Below are positions 45,448 to 55,594 of a stretch of DNA of 64,000 nucleotides, piece by piece. This stretch comes from Gemmatimonadota bacterium (GTDB lineage: Bacteria > Gemmatimonadota > Gemmatimonadetes > Gemmatimonadales > GWC2-71-9), in NCBI GenBank assembly GCA_039588295.1, contig JBDHAB010000010.1:32001-96000 (forward strand), written 5' to 3'. The position numbers and the translations under genes are program-made. The stretch's first letter is position 1. Each line of letters starts with the position of its first letter. Below the pieces are notes generated by a model that saw only the letters and a list, made by a program, of their open reading frames with translations, searched no databases and was not told where the DNA came from.

Positions 45448-48400
45448 ATGGCGAATCGAACGAACTCACTCGAGTGGAAGCCGGCGATCTGCGGGATCTG
45501 CCCAGCAGGCTGCTGGGTCGAAGTTGGTATGGACAATGGGACCCTCGCCGATATCCGGCCCGATACGGGCCACCCGCTCGGCATGATCTGCCGCCGCGGG
45601 CAGCACGCCCCGGAGATCGTCCATTCCGAACATCGACTCCGTTACCCCATGAAGCGCAAGGGTCCGAAGGGCACGCACGAGTTCGAGCGCATCGACTGGG
45701 ACGAGGCGTACGACGTGATTGTCGAGAACCTCAACCGCATCAAGCGGGAATCGGGCCCGGAGGCCGTTGCGGTCTACACGGGCCGTGGCGCGTTCGAGCT
45801 GTCGCTGTGCGACATGTTCCAGCCAAAGGATGTCGCGGTGTCGTCGGCTTCCAATGTGCTGTTCCCCTTCGGTTCCCCAAACACGATGGGGGTCGGCGCG
45901 TTGTGCTACGTGTCGTTCGCGATGCTCGCACCCCACCTCACCATGGGACGCATGCTCGTCAACATGTTCACCGACATGGAGTCGGCCGAACTGTTGGTGG
46001 TTTGGGGAGCCAACCCCGCCACGGACTCGCCGCCCCTGGACATGGCCCGACTCGAGGCGGCAGCCAAGCGTGGCGCCCAGATCGTCGTCATCGATCCTCG
46101 ACGAACCGAGACCGTGGCCCGCACCAACGCACAGTGGATACCGATCCGGCCTGGGACAGATGGCGCGCTGGCCTTGAGTATGATCGAGGTGCTCATTGAT
46201 GACGACCTGTACGACGAGGAGTTCACGGATCGTTGGTGCCACGGATTCGACGAGCTCCGTCGCTACGTCCAGCACTTCACGCCCGAAGTCGCGCAGACCA
46301 TCACCGGGGTCTCCGCCGAGACCATTCGCGACCTCGCGCGTCGAATTGGGCGGGCGACGGGTGCGTGTCCCGTCATGTACACCGGCCTCGAGTATTCCAA
46401 CAGCGGCGTGCAGGCCATCCGCGCGGTCCTCACGCTCTTTGCACTGAGCGGGCACCTGGACGTCCCCGGCGGGATCGGCTTGGCAATGCGTGACACGCAC
46501 TTCCCCGTGAACCGCTCATGCAATCAACCCAACCCCGACCTCGACCGCGCGGTGGCTCGAGACCGATACCCCATCTACAGCAACTATCGCGGAGAGTCGC
46601 ACGCGAGCGGACTCGTGACGTCCGTGCTCGAAGGGGAACCCTACCGCATACGCGGGCTCTTGATTCACGGTGCGTCGATCCTCACCTCCTGGCCACAGAC
46701 ATCCATGTGGCGCGAGACGCTCAGTGCACTTGACTTCGTCGTGTGCATCGACCGTCAGCTCACCGCAGACGCCGCGTACGCCGACGTCGTGCTGCCGGCC
46801 ACGACGATGTTTGAGATCGATTCGTACATGGTGTACGGACCCATCTTTCGGCTGAGGGAGAAGGTCGTTGCACCGGTCGGAGAAGCGCGCAACGACTATC
46901 TGATCATGGCCGAGTTGGCGAACCGCCTGGGATACGGACACCTCTATCCACAGACTGAGGACGAACTCGTTCGGGCGGCACTCGACGGATCGGGCTACAC
47001 GTTGGAGGACGTCCGCGCCGCCGGTGGCTGGGTGAAGCTCGCCACTCCGATGATGGAGTACAAGAAGTGGGAGAAAGGCGGACTTCGCGCGGACGGGGCA
47101 CCCGGGTTCGAGACACCCACCGGGAAGTTCGAGATCTGGTCGTCGGTGCTCGAGGACTATGGCTACGAGCCGCTACCCAAATACACCGAGCCGACCGAAG
47201 GACCCATCGCGCAGCCCGAACTCCTCGAGCAATACCCCCTCGTATTCAACTCGGGCGCCCGACCACACACGGACTTTCGTTCACAGCATCACGGCATTCG
47301 CGGTCTGGTGCAGGACAATCCGGAGCCGACGGTCGAGCTCAGCGTCCAGGATGCCGAGGCGCGCGGGATCACACATGGTGATCTCGTCGAAGTTCGCACG
47401 CAACGCGCGAGCGTACCATTCCGCGCCCGTGTCACGGACGACATCGTCCAGGGGGCCGTCGAATGCAACATGGGCGGCGGCACGCCCGTCGGTCCCCAGG
47501 CGTGGAACGAGTGGAACGTCAATGAGCTCACCGATCTCCACAACGCGGACGAGGTATCGGGCTTCCCCGTCTACAAGGCGCTGCTGTGTGACGTGGTGAA
47601 GGTGGCAGACGGCCACGGGAACGGAAGTCCAACTGATGGCATGGCCGCTGCGTGTGGACCCACGGTGCTCGAGAACGTAGTTCCGCGGAAGCCTCCCGAG
47701 CGGCGCATCTATCTCGACAACAACGCGACCACCGAGGTGAGCGAGGCCGTGCGGCTCGCCATGGCGCCGTTCCTGGAAGGCGTGCACGGCAATCCCTCCA
47801 GCATCCACGGCGCCGGCCGGGACGCCCGCGCCGGGATCGAGACGGCACGTCGTCAAGTGGCGCGCCTGCTCAACGCTCGCCCCCGCCGCATCATCTTCAC
47901 CGGTGGCGGCTCGGAGGCCGACAACCTCGCGATCAAAGGCATCGCGTTCGCGCGGCGGGAATCCGGGAAACACATCGTGACGAGCGCCATCGAGCATCCC
48001 GCCGTGTTGCAGGCCTGCAGATTCTTGGAAACGCTAGGCTACGATGTCACCTACTGCCCAGTGGATGAATTCGGGCTCGTCCATCCGGACACGCTGCACC
48101 AGGCGCTTCGATCCGATACCATCCTGGTGTCGATCATGATGGCGAACAACGAAGTCGGTACCATTCAGCCCATCAAAGAGCTGTCCGCGATCGCGCACGA
48201 CCGCGGAGTCCCGTTTCACACAGATGCGGTCCAGGCCGCCGGCAAGATACCCATCGACGTCGCGGAGCTTGATGTCGACATGTTGTGCGTTTCGGGCCAC
48301 AAGTTTCACGGGCCGAAGGGCGTGGGTGCGCTCTACGTGAAGAAGGAGATCGAGCTCACCCCGCTCATTCACGGTGGCAAGCAGGAGGGGGGTGTCCGAG

Positions 48401-48858
48401 CGGGCACCGAGAACGTCCCGGCCATCGTGGGCATGGGCAAGGCTGCGGAGCTCGCGCTCGCCGGCCTGCGAGATGCTCCAGCGGTCGCGGACCTGCGAGA
48501 CCGGCTGCAGCACGAGATCCAGCTCCTCATTCCCAATGCAGTGGTAAACGGTGCAGTCGGGATGCGCCTGCCCAACACCCTGAACGTGACCCTGCCGGGT
48601 CTACGGGGAGAGTCCCTGGTCGTGGCTCTCGATCAACATGGGGTGTCACTTTCGTCGGGCTCGGCCTGCAAGTCAGGCTCGCCGGAGCCAACACACGTGC
48701 TCATCGCGATGGGGAAAGACGTCGAAGACGTGCACTGCGCCGTCCGGATGTCGCTGTCGCGCGAGACGACCGAATCGGACATCGCCGCCACGGCGGCCGC
48801 GCTGAGCCAGGTGCTGGAAGAAATGGAGACCACGGTCCGCTTTCTGCCCTGCAAATAG
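45448..48858 (+). CDS. DMSO-reductase-family Mo/W-bisPGD oxidoreductase fused to a C-terminal IscS/NifS cysteine desulfurase
   Basis: Fe4S4 site CGICPAGC...MICRRG; RLRYPMKR, WGANP, VIDPRRT, IRPGTDGAL, ADVVLPA, TPTGKFE. From ~47700: IYLDNNATT, GNPSSIH, FTGGGSEADN, ANNEVG, HTDAVQ, SGHKFHGPKG, RAGTEN, SSGSACKS. Single open frame. Confidence 0.9.
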   Translation: MANRTNSLEWKPAICGICPAGCWVEVGMDNGTLADIRPDTGHPLGMICRRGQHAPEIVHSEHRLRYPMKRKGPKGTHEFERIDWDEAYDVIVENLNRIKRESGPEAVAVYTGRGAFELSLCDMFQPKDVAVSSASNVLFPFGSPNTMGVGALCYVSFAMLAPHLTMGRMLVNMFTDMESAELLVVWGANPATDSPPLDMARLEAAAKRGAQIVVIDPRRTETVARTNAQWIPIRPGTDGALALSMIEVLIDDDLYDEEFTDRWCHGFDELRRYVQHFTPEVAQTITGVSAETIRDLARRIGRATGACPVMYTGLEYSNSGVQAIRAVLTLFALSGHLDVPGGIGLAMRDTHFPVNRSCNQPNPDLDRAVARDRYPIYSNYRGESHASGLVTSVLEGEPYRIRGLLIHGASILTSWPQTSMWRETLSALDFVVCIDRQLTADAAYADVVLPATTMFEIDSYMVYGPIFRLREKVVAPVGEARNDYLIMAELANRLGYGHLYPQTEDELVRAALDGSGYTLEDVRAAGGWVKLATPMMEYKKWEKGGLRADGAPGFETPTGKFEIWSSVLEDYGYEPLPKYTEPTEGPIAQPELLEQYPLVFNSGARPHTDFRSQHHGIRGLVQDNPEPTVELSVQDAEARGITHGDLVEVRTQRASVPFRARVTDDIVQGAVECNMGGGTPVGPQAWNEWNVNELTDLHNADEVSGFPVYKALLCDVVKVADGHGNGSPTDGMAAACGPTVLENVVPRKPPERRIYLDNNATTEVSEAVRLAMAPFLEGVHGNPSSIHGAGRDARAGIETARRQVARLLNARPRRIIFTGGGSEADNLAIKGIAFARRESGKHIVTSAIEHPAVLQACRFLETLGYDVTYCPVDEFGLVHPDTLHQALRSDTILVSIMMANNEVGTIQPIKELSAIAHDRGVPFHTDAVQAAGKIPIDVAELDVDMLCVSGHKFHGPKGVGALYVKKEIELTPLIHGGKQEGGVRAGTENVPAIVGMGKAAELALAGLRDAPAVADLRDRLQHEIQLLIPNAVVNGAVGMRLPNTLNVTLPGLRGESLVVALDQHGVSLSSGSACKSGSPEPTHVLIAMGKDVEDVHCAVRMSLSRETTESDIAATAAALSQVLEEMETTVRFLPCK

Positions 48859-48870
48859 CGCAGACAGCGA

Positions 48871-49311
48871 TCACAGCAGCTTGAGGAAGTACGAGAGCGC
48901 GGTCGTCTCCCGCTCCATGCGCCAACCAGTCACCGTGGAGTACCGCATGCGAAAGTATCGTACGCTCTTTCCCGTCGGTGGAGCCGCACCGTCCACCAGA
49001 ATCTCCGCACGGACGATCACATCATCGGAGCGGCCCCGAGCTTTGACACTGCGAAATGTGACGCGATCGCGGGCCAGCACCTCTGCGGCAGCCTGCTCAG
49101 CCACAGCCCGATCTCCGGCATCGAGCGCTTCCCGCAGCGCCGGCAATCCCTGCGCCTGATACTCTGCCGCCAGCCAGAACTTGAGCTCGGCGGCGGCCTC
49201 GGTCGCGAGCGTCGTACGCATCGCATAGTACCGGTAGCCCACCACCGCACCCACAAGAATCAGGACGGCAATCGCCTTCCATCCCGTCACGTTCAGCTTG
49301 ATTTCACCCAT
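48871..49311 (-). CDS. Hypothetical protein with a single N-terminal TM helix
   Basis: Fills the gap between its neighbours; starts 9 nt after the upstream stop; WKAIAVLILVGAVVGY anchor. Confidence 0.6.
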   Translation of the reverse strand: MGEIKLNVTGWKAIAVLILVGAVVGYRYYAMRTTLATEAAAELKFWLAAEYQAQGLPALREALDAGDRAVAEQAAAEVLARDRVTFRSVKARGRSDDVIVRAEILVDGAAPPTGKSVRYFRMRYSTVTGWRMERETTALSYFLKLL

Positions 49312-49320
49312 GGCTCGTCC

Positions 49321-50391
49321 TCACCGGGGGCCGCGACATCGCCGAAATATCTCCCGATCCGCCTTCCTCGCATCGTTGATGATCTCGTAAAAATCATCGT
49401 AGTATTCGAGCATATCTTCGAGCCGCTTCGGATCGAGACCCTCCTGACCGCGATGCAGCGCGTATATCGCTTCACGCTGCTCGTTGAAACGCGGAAACAC
49501 CGCTGCAACGTCTTCCTCAGGACGGCACACGCCCCAGTACCGTCGTTGGCGCACACTCCGGATGCCGAGCACTTGCGCGGGTTTCGCATACGGTGCTGCG
49601 ATCACACCGGACCAGTCAAAGTCGTATGCAACCGGCAGCACCGGACCGGCCATCGTCCCCACGAGGACCGTGTTATGGCAGCAGTATTCCCGACCGCCTT
49701 CGGTATGAAACGGGTCCCAGTCCGTGTTACCCATGAAGAACTGGAACAGCTCGAACAGGATCAGCTGCTCTTGATCCATCTGGTCGGGAAGAACCTGGCG
49801 GACCGTCAACACCTCCCAGCCATTTCGCGCCGCCATGGCATCTTCGGCTTCGATAAAAAACGCATACTTGGTGATGGGGTCGCGGTCGTCCTCGCTGTCC
49901 ACATACGTCATGCGCAGGAGACGCACCCTGAAGCTCAAGTCAGTGAACAGACTGTACGTGCGATAGATGAGGTATTCCTGCAAGGCGAACTGCTCGTACC
50001 TGTCGCTCCGGTCCTGACAGTGCGTAACGAGCTTGAGCTTGTCCTGCCCATGGAACAGGGTGTTCTCCACCTGCGATTTCTTGAAGTTCAGCTGCAGCGG
50101 CGGGAAGTTGCAGGTGCGTCGCTGAAGGCGAAACCGCCCACGCGTTCGCACCTGGACGTCCAAGGTAACCGGACTGCCGTCGGCTCCATCGTAGCGCAGA
50201 AGCCCGTCACGGTACGTGGATTCGTCTCCGCGGTCTCGAAAGATGGTGTTGAAGGGCGCCTCAACCACAATGGCCAGCACGTTCTGCGTCTGGAACAGGG
50301 GGGCCGGAGCCAGCGAGTCGGTCTGTGCCCGCAACAGGGGGGTGGCGAGCAGCAGGGCACCAACCGATATCGGGAAGACGAGCGTACGCAT
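49321..50391 (-). CDS. Exported CotH-like atypical kinase
   Basis: Signal peptide; VRTRG, KLKLVTHC, LQEYLIY, GNTDW, HNTVL, PVAYDFD; motif order as in CotH kinases. Confidence 0.6.
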   Translation of the reverse strand: MRTLVFPISVGALLLATPLLRAQTDSLAPAPLFQTQNVLAIVVEAPFNTIFRDRGDESTYRDGLLRYDGADGSPVTLDVQVRTRGRFRLQRRTCNFPPLQLNFKKSQVENTLFHGQDKLKLVTHCQDRSDRYEQFALQEYLIYRTYSLFTDLSFRVRLLRMTYVDSEDDRDPITKYAFFIEAEDAMAARNGWEVLTVRQVLPDQMDQEQLILFELFQFFMGNTDWDPFHTEGGREYCCHNTVLVGTMAGPVLPVAYDFDWSGVIAAPYAKPAQVLGIRSVRQRRYWGVCRPEEDVAAVFPRFNEQREAIYALHRGQEGLDPKRLEDMLEYYDDFYEIINDARKADREIFRRCRGPR

Positions 50392-50512
50392 AACGACAAT
50401 CTCCGTGCTGGAGAACAGCGACCTTCTCCACTAAGTATAGTGAGTGTCATGCACGTCAGATCAAGACGCCCTTCCCCTGTCTCCTCCTCGCCGCGGCACG
50501 CAGGGTCGTGAC

Positions 50513-51133
50513 GTGACACCGCAGCGCAGGACTAGACTCCAGCAGGTGACACTGGTCGCGGTGGCGTTCGAGCTGACGCTCCTCGTCCTGGCAGTCGTCC
50601 TCGGTTGGCTGCTGGGCACACGCCCCCTCGGAATGGTGCGGCTCGGCTGGTCCGGCGTCCTGGTGGGGGTCGCCGCAACCGTGCCTCCGCTCGTGCTCAT
50701 GAAGTGGCTGTTCGACACGAATTGGCAGCCGCTCAGGCGGCTTCGAGAGGAGGTTGACCAGACCCTGCTTCCTCTGTTCGGTCGGTGCTCGACCGCCGAT
50801 CTTGCGATCATTGCCGTCGCGGCTGGCGTCGGCGAGGAGGTACTATTCCGCGGCGCACTCCAGTCAGCGGCCGTGACGCTCGCTGGACCAGCGCTTGGAC
50901 TCATCCTGACGAGCGTGCTGTTTGGCCTCGCCCACCTGATAACGCCGACGTACGCCTTCTTGGCCGCGCTCTTGGGTTGCTACCTCGGGGGCCTCGCGAT
51001 GCTCACCGGAGGGCTCTGGGTACCGATTTTCGTCCACGCGCTCTACGATTATGTCGCGCTCGCCGTCTGGCTCAGGACGCATCCGCAACAGCCAACGGAT
51101 GAGCCGGGTCCGGGACCATCACTGAAGCGGTAG
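50513..51133 (+). CDS. CPBP (Abi/CAAX type II) intramembrane metalloprotease
   Basis: GEEVLFRG, LFGLAH, VHALYD. Confidence 0.9.
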   Translation: MTPQRRTRLQQVTLVAVAFELTLLVLAVVLGWLLGTRPLGMVRLGWSGVLVGVAATVPPLVLMKWLFDTNWQPLRRLREEVDQTLLPLFGRCSTADLAIIAVAAGVGEEVLFRGALQSAAVTLAGPALGLILTSVLFGLAHLITPTYAFLAALLGCYLGGLAMLTGGLWVPIFVHALYDYVALAVWLRTHPQQPTDEPGPGPSLKR

Positions 51134-51790
51134 AATCGTCTTTCCCTCCGCCCAACGGGCAACCGCGTCGAGATAGCTCATCGCCGGCAACTCAACCCGC
51201 AGCTGCTCCCTGACCGATCGGACCGCTTCCAAGGCGGCGGCAATCTGCTCGACAGGCGCATCCTCGCTGATCCCTCCACCGTCTTCGAGTCCCACCGACG
51301 TCAGCCGCTCAGGTTCCGAAAGCTCGGCCACGTCGACCCAGACGGGGGTCGTCCCCCACTCGGTGAAGAACGAGCGCCGGACCTTCCGCACGGTGACGAC
51401 TTCGAGCTCCGGAGCGAGCCCGCGCAGATATCCGAGCAATGACGCTGCGTCGAGCGGGCTCGCTGGCGCAGCCACGGACACCCCCAACGCAGCGGCAATG
51501 TGGGCAACGAGTGCGGGGGACGCCGGCAAGTGGTGCTCATCCATGGGAGATTCGACCCAGATCTGATACGCTGAATCCTCGGAGCGCGTCCACAGGCGCT
51601 TGAATTTCAGAACATCACCTGCGGGTCCCGACCGCAGCTTCACATTGACCGAGAGTCCGGGACGCCAGAGATACCGGTCGGCCACTGGAAGGCCGGTCTG
51701 AGTCGTCGGAGAGAGTTGCTCGACGCGACGGCGGACCGTCGGTTCCAGGCGGCCGAACCCGCGCCACTCCCAGTGCATGCCGTACGTCAT
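51119..51790 (-). CDS. Hypothetical protein, possibly CYTH-like (triphosphate tunnel) fold
   Basis: N-terminal WEWRGFG (ExR), DRYL, NVKLR, LKFK, VRKVRR, GLE: pattern of basic and acidic tunnel residues. Confidence 0.5.
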   Translation of the reverse strand: MTYGMHWEWRGFGRLEPTVRRRVEQLSPTTQTGLPVADRYLWRPGLSVNVKLRSGPAGDVLKFKRLWTRSEDSAYQIWVESPMDEHHLPASPALVAHIAAALGVSVAAPASPLDAASLLGYLRGLAPELEVVTVRKVRRSFFTEWGTTPVWVDVAELSEPERLTSVGLEDGGGISEDAPVEQIAAALEAVRSVREQLRVELPAMSYLDAVARWAEGKTILPLQ

Positions 51791-52022
51791 GGTTCCACGT
51801 CCGTGGCCCGTGGCTGAGGTCGCTCAGAACGTCAAACTACGGCGCAATCGTGAGTCGCTCCAAGTGATCCGTTGTCGCCCGTAAGATAGAACCGCCCTTT
51901 CTTGTAAGGAGTCGTACCCGGCAACCTGACCGTTACGACCTCTTCCTCACTCTCAGCACATAAACGCTGGAGACGACGTGGAGGTTCACCGTCCGATTGG
52001 TGGACCGGAATCGTCCCCGCCG

Positions 52023-52739
52023 CTAGACGATGTTTCGGACGAGCACGACGAGGCCCGTGATGCCCGATACCACGAGCACCGCGGTGCGAACGTACCCGCG
52101 GTCGAGGGTCCGAGCGGTGTGGCGGGAGACCAGGAATCCAAGCAGGATCCCGGGCACGAGTAGGGAAGCCAAGCGCGCCTCGGGCCGGCCGAAGCGACCG
52201 ATCAGGTGGAGCGCGACGACGGACATTCCCACGCCGACAACGAAGAACGCCGACAGCGTGCCGCGAATCCGAGCCCCGGTCTCACGTTGATACAGGAGTG
52301 CCATCGGTGGGCCGCCGATCGAGACCGTCGTCCCCATGAAGCCCGCCAGGAGACCGGCACCCAAGAGCGTGTTGGCACGGACGGCAACATGAACACCCGA
52401 CGCGCTGAGCGACACCGCGGCCAAGACCAGAATGCCGAACAGAATCGCGATCTGCTCTGACGGCACAAGCGTCAAGGCCAACGCCGCCAACGCGATCCCG
52501 CCGGCCCTGCCGAGCAGTGCCCACTTGAGATCCCCGAACCGAATGGCGTGCCACTCGCGGTGCGTGAGCAGCAGTGTCAGGACAATGGACGACAAGAGGA
52601 GCGGTCCGGGAATGAGTCGAGGTTCGATCAAGACGAGCAGCGGCACGGAGAACAAGCCGAGGCCGAACCCGATCGACCCTTGGAGCGTGGCGCCGATGGT
52701 GACCACGGCCGTGGCGAGCGCGATTTCGGCCAGCGTCAC
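52023..52739 (-). CDS. Sulfite exporter TauE/SafE family protein
   Basis: LQGSIGFGLGL, GFMGTTVSIGGPP, IRGTL; about eight TM segments. Confidence 0.85.
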   Translation of the reverse strand: MTLAEIALATAVVTIGATLQGSIGFGLGLFSVPLLVLIEPRLIPGPLLLSSIVLTLLLTHREWHAIRFGDLKWALLGRAGGIALAALALTLVPSEQIAILFGILVLAAVSLSASGVHVAVRANTLLGAGLLAGFMGTTVSIGGPPMALLYQRETGARIRGTLSAFFVVGVGMSVVALHLIGRFGRPEARLASLLVPGILLGFLVSRHTARTLDRGYVRTAVLVVSGITGLVVLVRNIV

Positions 52740-52815
52740 CGTCGACTCGCCGGCACCACGCGGAAGGCGCTGAGTGGCGTGATCGCTGATCTCATCGACG
52801 TGCGACTGAGCGAGT

Positions 52816-54762
52816 CTAGGTGGTTCGACTGCGGTGTACGTGGAGTACCAGCAACCCCATGATCAGACCGATGGTCGCGAGAGCGAGTATCTGCTGACCG
52901 GCATCGGGGAGGGCGACCGGGAACCCGCGAATGGGCTCCCCACCGCGGGCACCGACCCAGAGCGCCAGGAGCACGCCGGTGAGACCGCCACCGCCGACGA
53001 GCCCTGATCCGAACAGCACCCCCTCTTCGCGCCGGCGTTCGGCCTCCTCGGGCGCCTGGTTTCTCGTCAGGGTCCAGCGCAGGAGACCTCCGACGAACAC
53101 TGCGGCCATCGTGGAGAGCGGGAGATAGACGCCGACGGCGAAGGCCAAGACCGGGATGCGGAAGAGCGATGCGACGAGCCCGATTCCCACCCCGATGAAG
53201 ATCATCGCCCACGGCAGGTTCTGATCCAGCACGCCGTCGATGACCAACTTCATCAGGACAGCTTGCGGCGCGGGAAGCTCGGTCCCGCCGAGTCCGCCAG
53301 GCACGCTCTGGTGCAGCATCGTCACCACGAGGCAGACGACGCCGGCCGACGTCACCACACCGATCAACTCACCGATCTGTTGGAACCGTGGTGTCGCACC
53401 GAGCACGAAGCCGGTCTTGAGATCCTGGGAGGTATCGCCCGCAATGGACGAGGCGATGCACACAGAGGTGCCGACCATCAGTGCCGTGGCCTTGCCCGCG
53501 AGATCGGTCCATCCCATGAGAAAGAACACGAGACTGGTGCCCAGCAGGGTGGCGATGGTCATTCCCGATGTCGGATTCGAGGTGACGCCGACGAGACCGA
53601 CGATCCGCGAGCTCACAGTGACGAAAAAGAACGCAAAGACCGCGATCAACACAGACGCGACGGCCCTCACCAAGACGGAGTCGAGAAAGCCTAGAACCCC
53701 GGGAACGAGCGTGAGCAGCAGCAGCACTGTCGCAAGCCACACGAGCACGGTCTTGAACGACAGGTCGCGATCCGTCCGTTCGACGGCGGCCCCGATGCCG
53801 GAGGTGAGCTGGCCGAGCCCGAGCTTGAACGACTCGATCATCGTGGGAATCGACCGGATGAGCGTGATGATCCCACCGGTCGCCACCGCACCGGCGCCGA
53901 TATAGCGCACGTAGCGATGCCAAATGTCCCCCGGAGCCATGTCCCGGATCAGTTGCTCCGTCTCCGGGTAGAGCGGCGCGGTCAAATTCGCTCCCCAGAG
54001 ATTGATCAATGGGATGATCACGAATGCGGACAGAGCGCCCCCGGCCACCATCACCGTGGCGATCCGGATCCCCAGGATGTATCCCACACCGATCAGTGGC
54101 GGCGACACGCTGATGGCGAGGTTTGCCTTGAAGCCAAGCGCGAGCTGAAACGTGCCCTGCACGAACTTGAAGCCGTCGGTGATCAGCTTGAACAGCATCC
54201 CGACGCCGAGACCCCAGAACACACCCGCCGCTTGTCGGCCGCCACCCTCGGCCGCCACCAACACCTCGGCGCACGCCATGCCCTCCGGATAGGGGAGCCG
54301 GCCGTGCTCGCCCTTGATCAGATACCGGCGCAGCGGAATCATGAACAACACGCCGATCAAGCCGCCCGCCATCGTGAGCAGCGTGATCTGCCGCCACGCC
54401 GGCGCCATCCCCCAGATGAACAACGCGGGAATCGTGAACAGCACACCCGACGCGACCGATGAGCTCGCCGACCCGACCGTCTGAGACATGTTGCTCTCGA
54501 GGATGGTGTGGCGGAGCCCAAAGGCCTCGAACAGCCGAAACGCCACCACGGTCAAGACGGCGACCGGGATCGAGGTACTGATGGTCAGTCCCGCCTTGAG
54601 TCCCAGATAGGTGTTGGCCGCACCGAACACGACACCAAGGAGAATACCAGCGACCGCCGATTTGACCGTGAATTCGGCGAGCGTCAGTCCGTACGTGTAC
54701 GGGACGTGCTGCTCGCCGGGCTTGAGCTCGTAGGCGGTCGGGGGGAGTTTCTTGCCGTTCAT
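52816..54762 (-). CDS. OPT family oligopeptide transporter
   Basis: NTYLGLKAGLTISTSIP, ESNMSQT, LPYPEG, SNPTSGM, GDTSQDLKTG, LPAPQA. Confidence 0.93.
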   Translation of the reverse strand: MNGKKLPPTAYELKPGEQHVPYTYGLTLAEFTVKSAVAGILLGVVFGAANTYLGLKAGLTISTSIPVAVLTVVAFRLFEAFGLRHTILESNMSQTVGSASSSVASGVLFTIPALFIWGMAPAWRQITLLTMAGGLIGVLFMIPLRRYLIKGEHGRLPYPEGMACAEVLVAAEGGGRQAAGVFWGLGVGMLFKLITDGFKFVQGTFQLALGFKANLAISVSPPLIGVGYILGIRIATVMVAGGALSAFVIIPLINLWGANLTAPLYPETEQLIRDMAPGDIWHRYVRYIGAGAVATGGIITLIRSIPTMIESFKLGLGQLTSGIGAAVERTDRDLSFKTVLVWLATVLLLLTLVPGVLGFLDSVLVRAVASVLIAVFAFFFVTVSSRIVGLVGVTSNPTSGMTIATLLGTSLVFFLMGWTDLAGKATALMVGTSVCIASSIAGDTSQDLKTGFVLGATPRFQQIGELIGVVTSAGVVCLVVTMLHQSVPGGLGGTELPAPQAVLMKLVIDGVLDQNLPWAMIFIGVGIGLVASLFRIPVLAFAVGVYLPLSTMAAVFVGGLLRWTLTRNQAPEEAERRREEGVLFGSGLVGGGGLTGVLLALWVGARGGEPIRGFPVALPDAGQQILALATIGLIMGLLVLHVHRSRTT

Positions 54763-54877
54763 CGGTGTGATCCTTTGCGCGGCGACCGAGAGTCCGGCGA
54801 ATCTTCACCCGGATGCGCTGCTTCGCAACCGTCACGGACGACCCTCACCGCCGCTCCAGGTGTATCATTAGGACCCT

Positions 54878-55594
54878 ATGATCGCGGTTTTTGTCCAATC
54901 GGGCCTGGCTGAGGCGGTGCAGCATCAGCCGCTGCTGGCGCTGGCCTCTCTGTTCGGCGCCGGAGTGCTCACGAGCCTGACGCCCTGCATCTACCCGATG
55001 ATCCCGATCACGGCGGGCGTGCTGGCGGCGAGCGCCGGACCCGATCGCTCCCGGAGGCGGGTCGTGGGACTCACCCTCACCTACGTCTCCGGTCTCGCGC
55101 TGCTGTACGCGTTCCTCGGAATGCTGGCAGGCCTCACGGGATCCTTGTTCGGCACGGTTTCGGCCAGTCCATGGGCGCGGTTCGCGATCGGGAACCTTCT
55201 GCTGCTCTTCGCCCTTGCCATGTTGGACGTCTTTCCGGTCTCTGCACCGCGGCGGCTGGTCGCGTGGGCTGGCAACCTGGGCGGCGGCTCGTACCCCGCG
55301 GTATTCCTGCTGGGAGCGACGTCCGGGATCGTGGCGGCACCGTGCGGAGCTCCGGCATTTGCCGTGGTGCTCACCTGGGTGGCGGCGACGGGAAGCGCGG
55401 TGCTTGGGTTCGTCTACCTGTTCGTCTTCTCGATTGGGATGACCACACTGCTGGTGGTCGTCGGGCTGTTCTCGGGAACGCTCGCGGCGCTGCCGCAACA
55501 AGGGAAGTGGATGGTGTGGATCAAGAAGGCGGCAGGTGTGGTCATGCTCGCTATGGCGGAATACTACTTCATCCTCATGGGGCAAGTGTTGTGA
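54878..55594 (+). CDS. ccdA: CcdA/DsbD-beta transmembrane thiol-disulfide electron transporter
   Basis: SLTPCIYPMIP and AAPCGAP catalytic cysteines; G.WM..IKK..G. Confidence 0.88.
   Translation: MIAVFVQSGLAEAVQHQPLLALASLFGAGVLTSLTPCIYPMIPITAGVLAASAGPDRSRRRVVGLTLTYVSGLALLYAFLGMLAGLTGSLFGTVSASPWARFAIGNLLLLFALAMLDVFPVSAPRRLVAWAGNLGGGSYPAVFLLGATSGIVAAPCGAPAFAVVLTWVAATGSAVLGFVYLFVFSIGMTTLLVVVGLFSGTLAALPQQGKWMVWIKKAAGVVMLAMAEYYFILMGQVL

Noticed and set aside
45448..47700. Naming the Mo enzyme as formate dehydrogenase, nitrate reductase or acetylene hydratase
   Set aside because: It lacks the FDH C/U-H ligand pair and the acetylene hydratase Asp within the Fe-S motif; there is no Tat signal or partner subunit.
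51791..52022. Possible riboswitch in the hairpin-containing intergenic region (CTGAGA on the minus strand)
   Set aside because: The remaining TPP or other riboswitch consensus elements could not be found by eye; an Rfam scan would settle it.
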